From the NCBI GenBank assembly GCA_964016885.1, contig OZ024746.1, positions 8,804,001-8,868,000 of the forward strand: a stretch of DNA of 64,000 nt. The letters run 5' to 3'. The position numbers and the translations under genes were made by a program. Within the stretch, counting starts at the first letter, position 1, and every line of letters starts with the position of its first letter. This document shows positions 53,631 through 64,000 of the stretch, piece by piece. This DNA is from Eledone cirrhosa (taxonomy: Eukaryota). The notes beneath the pieces are model-generated. The model searched no databases and was not told the DNA's origin. It saw nothing but the letters and a program-made list of their open reading frames with translations.

Positions 53631-54296
53631 GTGTGCATGCGATTTGTAATGTATATATGAATGTATTCTTCATGTTTCCCTGATGGAGTCGTAGGAACAC
53701 CGTACTGACATACGATATTTCTTGGGCATTTTTAAACCTGGCAGAACCCATCTCCTCTTCAGCCCTGACTACAACAGAATTCTGCCAGAGAAAGATAGAA
53801 AGTGAGTGAGTGGAATTGAGAAAGAGATACAGAAGAAGAATCGACGCCAGTAGTAGACCGGTACATTTTTTATCGACTTTGAATGGATGAAAAGTAATGT
53901 TGACTTCGGCGGGATTTGAACTCACAGAACGAATACCACAAAACGTTCTATTCGAAAGTCTAACGACTCTGTCAATTTGCCAGCTGTATATGAATATGTA
54001 CACATGTAGAAAAAGAGGAAATTGCAGTGTTAACGGGCCGATGATACGAACTCGCATCAGCAGACTTAGGTTATTTTAATTTAATGGCATTTCTTCTCTA
54101 CAAAATGGTGGCCCCTGTGTGAAGAAGAAGATAAAAGGTATGAACAAGTTCCGAAAGTAACGTTCGACCTGATACATATTGGCATATTTGAAGCAGCATG
54201 GCACAGTACCATTCAAAGAATTCGAACCTGCAACCGAATTTCTCATAAAACATATTTTTGTCAACTTCATATTCTCGATTTTATAAGAGCGGTCTG

Positions 54297-54530
54297 TTGT
54301 GTGTGACGGCTCACCCCTACGCAGGTTCAGCTGGCCCCCTCCAAAGTATATCTCGTTGAAGGTGTCTTGGGTAATTTAATGATAGGGATCCCAGTCCTAT
54401 CATCTCATTTCTACAGCTGAATAAACTGGAGCAATGTGATATAGAAACAACACATCACCCAGTCCGAGTATTGAACTACAACCTTTCGATTGCAAGTCCA
54501 TTGCTCTAACCACTAAGCCATGCGCTTTCA
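54297..54530 (-). mobile_element. SINE B
   Basis: Reverse complement of the 11855-12100 family. Confidence 0.88.
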
Positions 54531-55119
54531 CTGTTGCAAATCATTATTTAACGAAGAAGAAAACCGTCAGCAATGTGATGTTTCTTGTTCTATCTATGCT
54601 ACCCAGCTAGATAAATACATTTACATTTATATTTAGAAATATTTATGTGTATATAAACTGTATACATTTTGTATAGATACATTCAAAATATTCTTTATAT
54701 GACCTAAGCCGCTCAGTAACAAAGTGACAAGACGTACTTCTTGTTTGAGTAACGAGAGTTCGAAGGATTTGTAAACATGGAAGCTAGTGTGTGCTTACAT
54801 GTAGATGTATGGAGATACATACACATCATAAGTATACGAGATGTATCTCTAGGACATGGGTTACAGTGTGTCTATATGTGTGTGCGGTTGAGAATCTGTG
54901 TGGTTGTGATGGTGTGAGATTGATATGTGTTAGGGTGTCTGTGTGTGTGTCGGTGTGAGTATGTGTCTGTTTGTGTTTGGTATATGTATATATCACCAAT
55001 GCATCTATGCATGTGTGTATGCATGTATGTATGTATGTATGTATGTATGTATGTATGTATGTATGTATGTATGTATGTATGTATGTATGAATACATACGT
55101 GTATGATTTATATGTTTAT

Positions 55120-56142
55120 GAGGAGAGTGTACGTGTGTGTATGTATGCAGGACAGTGTACGTGTGTGTATGTATGCAGGAGAGTGTACGTGTGTGTATGT
55201 ATGCAGGAGAGTGTATGTGTGTGTGGTGTATGTATGCAGCAGAGTGTACGTGTGTGTATGTATGCAGGAGCGTGTACATGTGTGTATGTATACAGGACAG
55301 TGTATGTGTGTGTATGTATGCAGGAGAGTGTATGTGTGTGTGTGTATGCAGGAGAGTGTATGTGTGTGTATGTATGCAGGAGAGTGTATGTGTGTGTATG
55401 TATGCAGGAGAGTGTATGTGTGTGTGGTGTATGTATGCAGGAGAGTGTATGTGTGTGTATGTATGCAGGAGAGTGTATGTGTGTGTATGTATGCAGGAGA
55501 GTGTATGTGTGTGTGGTGTATGTATGCAGGAGAGTGTATGTGTGTGTATGTATGCAGGAGAGTGTATGTGTGTGTATGTATGCAGGAGAGTGTATGTGTG
55601 TGTGGTGTATGTATGCAGGAGAGTGTACGTGTGTGTATGTATACAGGACAGTGTATGTGTGTGTATGTGTACAGGAGAGTGTATGTGTGTGTATGTATGC
55701 AGGAGAGTGTATGTGTGTGTATGTATGCAGGAGAGTGTATGTGTGTGTATGTATGCAGGAGAGTGTATGTGTGTGTGGTGTATGTATGCAGGAGAGTGTA
55801 TGTGTGTGTATGTATGCAGGAGAGTGTATGTGTATGTATGCAGGAGAGTGTATGTGTGTGTATGTATGCAGGAGAGTGTATGTGTGTGTATGTATACAGG
55901 AGAGTGTATGTGTGTGTATGTATGCAGGAGAGTGTACGTGTGTGTATGTATACAGGAGAGTGTATGTGTGTGTATGTATACAGGAGAGTGTATGCGTGTG
56001 TATGTATGCAGGAGAGTGTATGTGTGTGTATGTATGCAGGAGAGTGTATGTGTGTGTATGTATGCAGGAGAGTGTATGTGTGTGTATGTATACAGGACAG
56101 TGTATGTGTGTGTATGTATACAGGAGAGTGTATGTGTGTATG
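55120..56142. repeat. 28-bp minisatellite (gcaggagagtgtatgtgtgtgtatgtat), roughly 35 units, with 33-bp variants
   Basis: Directly visible; it explains the 340-400 aa ORFs. Confidence 0.95.
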
Positions 56143-56371
56143 TTTATCTAAAGTGAAGCAGGGAGATCTCAATGTTTACTAATTCTCTTCATATTTGTAA
56201 ACAGTTAAACATAGTCAAATATTGTCAAATAAATATGGCTCCACTTTTTGTTTTTCTCGTCCCTATACAATGTTGTATATCCTCCCCCTCCCCTCCCCCG
56301 CCTCCACCACCTCCTCCTACTTCCTCATCCTCATCCCCTTCTTCTCTTCTTCTTCTTCTTGTGTCGCTGCG

Positions 56372-56841
<470 letters not shown>

Positions 56842-58379
56842 TTTTGAAATTAGGCGTTCCATTCAGAAAGCCGCATGCTGCGCACTGGCCGCAGTTTGCC
56901 CATCAAGTCAAATTCCATCGATTACAACTTAAAACAATCGAAGTAGTTCGTGACCCAAACTAATCTTCTGTATCTGTGACCCTGGAATATCATGTCTTTA
57001 GGCAGTGAATTGGCAGAATCGTTAGAACGTCGGATAATATAGTCTGCGCTATTCCTTTTGGCTTTTTGCTCTCTGTGTTCAAATCTCGCCGGGGTCAACT
57101 TTGTTTTTCATCCATTCGAGGTTGATAAAAAGTGAACCAGTCAAGTACTGGAATCCATTCTTCCTCTACATCTTTCTCACTTTTATTCTCTCTCTTTCTC
57201 TCTCTTCCTTTATTGGAAGAAATCTGCCATATTCAAACCTGGAGAGGATTGGGCTCCACTAGGTTTTAAAATACCCTACAAACGCCGTATATCAATGCGG
57301 TGACCCTGTGACTCCCCCAGGAATTACGGGTGAAGGAAGGAATCTGTCTTTTTATATGAAACATATATTAGAGACGGAGAGATTATAGAATTGGTTATCT
57401 ATTTATTGCTCCCATAAACGCATATACACATATATATATATGTATATATATATATGTATATATATATGTATGTATGTATATATGTTTATATATGTGTATG
57501 TATATATATATGTATGTACAATATTATTTCCTGTAAGCCCTGTGAATCACTTAAGTGAATAATATTATTATTCACTTATTACAATATATGTATATATATA
57601 TATATACACACAGAACGCAGACACACACACTCACACAGACACAATCACACACACATATATATATATATACGTAATCTAATCTTATCTTGATTCATTGTTT
57701 TTACATAAACATACCATTGTTTATGTGCAAACGTACGAATTTTACTTTCTAACAACTTATTGTGTACAACGAATATTACTATCTTAAGTAGTCTTTATTT
57801 ATAAACAATCACAAAAGACGATTCTTAGAAAGCAAATTTACTTTTGAAAATGTTCAATTCTCAATTCTCATGATTTTCTTCTCTCTGTGATGAATCGTTG
57901 AACATGAGTGGCATATAAAACCTTGAATAGATTTAAACAATATTGAAATGGTTCTAAATACAAAGCAGAGAAGCAGGGGAATAGAAACGGCGGAAATATT
58001 TCCAAAAGAAAATATTTGATTTTATAAATTTGAAAAAGCAAAAGAAATTCTTTTGAGCTAGTTAGTCAAGTTAGATAGATATATAGATATATAGTAATTT
58101 AGATAGATTGATAGAGAAAGTGTTAGAGAGAGAGATAGCAAGAGTGATATATATATATAGCAAGAGAGAGAGAGTGAGAGAGAGAGAGGGAGAGAGTGAG
58201 AGAGAGAGACAGAGACAGAGAGAGAGAGTGAGGGGTTAGATAAAAAGATCGATAGATAGATAAATACAAGTAGATGAATAGATAGATATATAGATGGATA
58301 GATAGAATTATAGAAAAATTAAAAGACAAATGAAGATGGATGGATAGATATAGTGAGAGTGAGTAAGAGAGAGAGAGAG

Positions 58380-58413
<34 letters not shown>

Positions 58414-58898
58414 ATAGAGAGATAGAGAGATAGAGATAGAGAGAGAGAGAGAATATGTGAAGAGAAAAAGCTATATAAAAGAGAATGAGTGAAACAGACA
58501 TTGATGATATATGTAAGAAAAGAAAGGGGGAATATAGTTAAATAGAGAATATTTTTTTTTAATTGAAAGGAAAGAAAAAATATTTCCCAGGCGGTATAAT
58601 CTCTTGATTAATATTGCTTATAAGAATCCCCAATCCAAGAAGTGTTTAAAAAATTGAAGCAGCTTTAGAGCGCTTATTTTACGCCTTAAAGAAAGTCATT
58701 TTTTTCTTTCTTCACTTGTTACCATTGTTAGAACAAGTAAACACTGAAATCATTGAAAAGGAAAAATGGAAGTTTCCTCTGAAGAATACAAACTATCGAT
58801 TATCAACTATGAAACGGTTGCGTCTCTTTTTATTCACCATTTTCATCTGTATGTATGCAGCTTGTGTAAGTATATAAACATGTATGTGATTATGTATG

Positions 58899-58929
<31 letters not shown>

Positions 58930-59235
58930 GTATATATATGTATATATATATATGTATATATATATATATACATCATACATACACACGCACATCATACATA
59001 CACACACACATATATGTGTGTGTCGGTGTGTGTGTGTATGTATGATGTGTGTATGTATGATGTGTGTATGTATGATGTGTGTATGTATGATGTGTACGTA
59101 TATATGTAAGTCTGTATGTATGTATTCATATATGCATGTTTGTATGTATGTATGCATGTGAGTATGTATATATGTATATATGTATAAATACACATGCACA
59201 CGCACACACACATATATATTTATATACATATATAT

Positions 59236-59285
<50 letters not shown>

Positions 59286-59775
59286 TGAGAGAGAAAGAGA
59301 GAGAGATAAAGATATATATATGCATATATATTTATTAGCTAACTAATATATATATGGACATATCTAACATGTAATGAGCTAAATAATTTTATAAAAGATA
59401 ACGAAAGGGAAAGTCATATTAAATCTTTTATCGATTTTGATCAAGAAATAAATGAAAAGAAGGGGAAAAAAACCTCTAACAACAACAACAACATTAAGAA
59501 CCATAGTGAATGAATCTTACGAAAAAAAATTATATCAGAGAAAATGAGAACAAGATTGAAAAAACAATAACAATGGAAATACAATAGAAGAAGATAACAA
59601 ATGACACAGAAAGACGAAGCAAAAAAGTAAGTTGCTCTCAATTGTATAGTGAGGCTATAGTATGGACTATTGATTCCAGCCTCTTTACATCCACCCTCTC
59701 TATACTTATCACTTTATATACACATAGATGCCCTACTACTCCTGCTACACATCCCCCCTTTGGCTCTTCCTCCCC

Positions 59776-60121
59776 TTTCTTCTTCTTCTTCTTCTTCTTC
59801 TTCTTCTTCTTCTTCTTCTTCACCATCATCATTAACGTCATCATCATCATCATCATCGTCATCATCATCATCATCGTCACCATCATCGCCATCATCATCA
59901 CCACCACCATCATCACTATAAGCACCATCATCACCATCACCATCATCATCACCACCATCATCAGTACCACCATCATCATCATCATCATAATCATCATCAC
60001 CACCATCATCACCATCACCATCATTATCACCATCATCACCATCATCATCATCACCATCATTATCACCATCATCACCACCACCACCATCATCACCACCATC
60101 ACCATCATCACCACCATCACC

Positions 60122-60153
<32 letters not shown>

Positions 60154-60685
60154 CACCATCATCATCATCACCATCATCATCACCATCATCACCACCACCA
60201 CCATCACCATCACCATCATCATCATCACCATCATCATCATCACCATCATCATCACCATCACCATCACCATCACCATCATCACCATCACCATCACCATAAC
60301 CATCATCATCACCATCAACATCAACATAATAATAATGGTTTCTACATTAGGCACAAGGCAAGCAATTTGTGAGAGGAGGGGAAAGTCGATTAAATCGACC
60401 CCAGTACGTTACTGGTATTTTATTTTTTCAACCCGACCCCCGTAAGAATGAAATTCAAATTAACCTCGACAGGATTTGAAACTCAGAACGTAAAGGGCCG
60501 TAACTCTATGTAGCAACTCTATCGACACTGCTAATCATGATGATGACGACGACTACTACTTTAATGATGATGATGATGACGATGATGACGATGATGATGA
60601 TGATGTTGGTGATGAGGATGATGATGGTGACGATGATGATGATGATGATGGTGATGAGGATGATGATGGTGACGATGATGATGAC

Positions 60686-60723
<38 letters not shown>

Positions 60724-60855
60724 CGATGATGATGATGATGTTGGTGATGAGGATGATGATGGTGACGATGATGATGATGATGATGATGATGCTTATGGTG
60801 ATGATGATGATAATGATGGTGACGACGACGATGATGATGATAATGATGATGATTA
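59776..60855. repeat. (CTT)n, (CAT/CAC)n and (GAT)n tracts around a minus-strand SINE A (60331-60535)
   Basis: Directly visible. Confidence 0.93.
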
Positions 60856-61198
60856 CAAGAAGGATGTTGATAATCATGACAAGTGTATAATCGGTTACCA
60901 TGGTATTATAGTATCCACAGTGATATTGTAGGATACAGAACAAGCAATACCTATCTCTGTTATTACAGACAATTACGGGGTCGATAAAATAAAGTACCAG
61001 TAATGCACTGGGTATTGCTGGCCTTGTGCCTAACCTAGAAACAGTTATTATAGACAACTATTCATATTCCTCACACAATTTGTATTTACAGTATGGCAGG
61101 TTTTGTCATCATTTTCCTTTGCTCAAACAGAGAGTTTTCAAGATACATAACTGTTGTATTGTGTGTGTGCGTATGTGTGTGTTGTGTGTGTGTGTGTG

Positions 61199-61446
61199 TG
61201 TGTGTGTGACAGCTCACACCTATGCAGGTTTAGCTGGCCTCCTCCAAGGTATATCTCGTTGGAGGTGACTTGGGTAATTTAATGGTAGGGACCCCAGTCC
61301 TATCATCTCATTTCTACAGCTGAGTAAACTGGAGCAACGTGAAATAAAGTGTCTTGCTCAAGGAAACAACACATCACCTGGTCCGAGAATTGAACTCACA
61401 ACCTTTCGATTGCAAGCCCAATGCTCTAACCACTAAGCCATACGCC
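61199..61446 (-). mobile_element. SINE B
   Basis: Full-length reverse copy with (TG)n on the tail side. Confidence 0.9.
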
Positions 61447-61832
61447 TGTTGTTTTGGTTCAGCTCATCTCCGTTTAACAAGAGAAAATCATATAATCAAA
61501 GGAATTCTAACCGTGACTCCTCCTTCCTTTCCATATATACTTAGAATCTTTGTTTACATAATCAAATATGTCATTTTTTTAATGGTACGGTGGGATTTGA
61601 AAGAGATTTTGCTGCTTTTTCTAGCAAATCGAGCAACTACAAATAAGCTACACTTTGCGTCGACTTCATACATACTAGTTAGAATTGGTGTCTATAATGG
61701 ATTCCATAAACTGCATTACTTCAAGGCTGTTATTAGTGACTCTATCAATCTTTACTTTCTTGAATACACACACGCACACATATATATATATATAAATAAA
61801 TACATATATATATATATATATTTATTACATAT

Positions 61833-61910
<78 letters not shown>

Positions 61911-62095
61911 TAAAAGGAAAAGAAAATGCTGACAAATTGTTCCCAGTGAAAAATAGTTTAATTAGGAATAAGTAAAACTTAGTAATAGTATTGGTTAGTA
62001 TTCAGTTTTGGTTTTAAGTTTTACCGGTTGCGCATTTCTAATGCTTTTCAAAAATAATTTTGAGATATAGCGCCCGTGATGTTTGCTCTAATCTG

Positions 62096-62128
<33 letters not shown>

Positions 62129-62822
62129 GCACACACATATATATACATACGTACATATCTACTTTACCTTCTGATAATGTAGATAGGCATGTCTACTTTA
62201 TTCCCCCCCCCCCTGTTTCTTCCTCCCCAACCACGTCTTGTTCCATTTATATTTTTTCATTTCATCCCTTATCTTATTTAATCACGTCCCAACATTGACA
62301 CCAACCCCCAAATAGAACTAAAGCAGCCTGTAGAAGGTTAATATGGAACCAAATACAAATAACAACCTTTTGACACTTTAACGGACACGAAAGAAGTCAA
62401 CGATTCAAATAAATCTTTTGCGTGTTGATAGTCCTGGCGGCAAAACGATTGTAAATGTGGAAACATATCAGGTTCAACTAATTGGTTTCTTTTGCGCCCA
62501 CAGGATTGGTTCTATCGTTATGCATACATGGTTCAATATTCCTTATCTGGATTTCTGTTTGTAGTATTGCTATCAATAACAAACAGGCAAACAGAATTTG
62601 ATAGTATGGTGTTATCTTTTGGGATGAAACACCAAAAACCTCGAGGTATGAATATGAAGCTATTTATCACATATACTTTATTATCTTTTCGAAAATGATT
62701 TATCCTTTGATTACAAGATCAAGTTGTTTGTGGGGTATTTTCGACTCTTTACGAAAGAAAGCTGGCAGGCGGCTATCCTGAACATAGATTGTGTCCATTC
62801 TTTATTTTGGATTACAGTGACT

Positions 62823-62877
62823 AAAAATGAATATGAAAAATGAATATGAAAAATGAATATGAAAAATGAATATGAAA
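62823..62877. repeat. 13-bp tandem repeat (aaaaatgaatatg) x4
   Basis: Directly visible. Confidence 0.9.
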
Positions 62878-64000
62878 CACCAGTCTGTAGAATTCTCCGG
62901 ATGTGCTGGTGTTCTGCTTCGTTATTATGAAGGGAGGGAACAATCAGACATTAACGTTGATGTTGAGTTTTGCAATGTTGATGAGTTTGCATAGAATGTT
63001 GGAGAAATAATGCATCAGGTTTTAGCTGGCTGTTGGATCCTAAAAACGTCATGGACCAAGCAATACTAAGTATATAGGAACATTTGTAGAAACGTTTCTA
63101 TTAGCATATTGAAAGCTAAAAATCCACCGATGGATTAATTAATTATTGCTCAAGTAACCCAGCAGGTTTTCCTCGGTTTCCGCAATTTACCAAGTAATAC
63201 AATTGATTTTATAGTAGAAAACATTATCAGGATATTTCACGTGTAGATATTTATAGTGAGTGAGTCTTTGATATAGAGCGTTGGATAAGAGAGGTGGTGT
63301 CGTGGTAGATATAGAGAGGGGTAGAGTTTGATTTTAGTAGATACAGAGAGGGGGATTAAAAGGGAAGTTTGTGTGATAGACATAGAGAGGAGTAGAGTTT
63401 GGTGGCACTCTCGTGTCCCAAATAATAGGAAGGGTAGCAATAATGGGGAGGGGGTTAAATCAGTAATTGTATAGTGTACGTTCGTAAATATGGGATTTCT
63501 TGTAATGTTCTTCTTTTGTCATATATAATGTTTTTTTATGTAAAATATAAGAAGATAAATTATATATTTCTAAGATAATATTGCTTATGTATATGTATGT
63601 AGATATAGCGTCAACAGCATGACATCTAATACATTATTAGTTGTCTAACAATATATATTATCTTGAAGCCTGTTTTTTTTCTAGTTATGTTGATATCCTA
63701 ACATTCTAATTCACTTACAATTAACTTTAAACCTCGGCTTATAGCTATACTTAATTAGCATTATCTTGTTTGTAACGTTTAATTCTTTCAGATGTCATTC
63801 CTTACCAGAAATATTTCTTTATCCGATTATTCACTTTACTAAACCGGAATCAGTTTCTTCCTTCTTAACTCTCCGTCATTTTATACCTTTAGTTGTGTTT
63901 CGTTACGTAACTAAATCCTTTTATTCTTTAAACTCTCTTTTACCTAATTATAAATATTTCCATCTTCATCTATATAATCATAATACTTCTTCCACCAATA

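Noticed and set aside
58774-58830. CTGAAGA..GAAAcggttgcgTC hammerhead-like motif
   Set aside because: Stems II and III are marginal and stem I cannot form.

Overview
AT-rich, repeat-dominated eukaryotic DNA with no recognisable intact host gene. It is most likely intronic or intergenic sequence from an octopod cephalopod, inferred from SINE and MITE families that I recall resembling Octopus repeats. Almost all ORF-track entries are microsatellite artefacts. Real content: (1) about 30 copies or fragments of a tRNA-derived SINE and several copies of a second SINE; (2) decayed LINE pieces (two RTE-clade, two R4/Dong-clade) and a bipartite RTE-derived non-autonomous element; (3) Tc1/mariner-type MITEs; (4) several young minisatellites. 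The main signal is a set of (TA)n-embedded cassettes from many different sequence families that carry type I hammerhead ribozymes (HHR). I folded 12 with intact catalytic cores by hand, plus degenerate and half copies. They occur as asymmetric hairpins (arm / inverted arm + tail) or as ~1.1-unit direct repeats, and share a covarying RYTC...GARY stem at the start of the tail. One family is physically linked to a Penelope-like (Naiad-type) GIY-YIG endonuclease remnant. All folds and alignments were done by eye and no database search was run.
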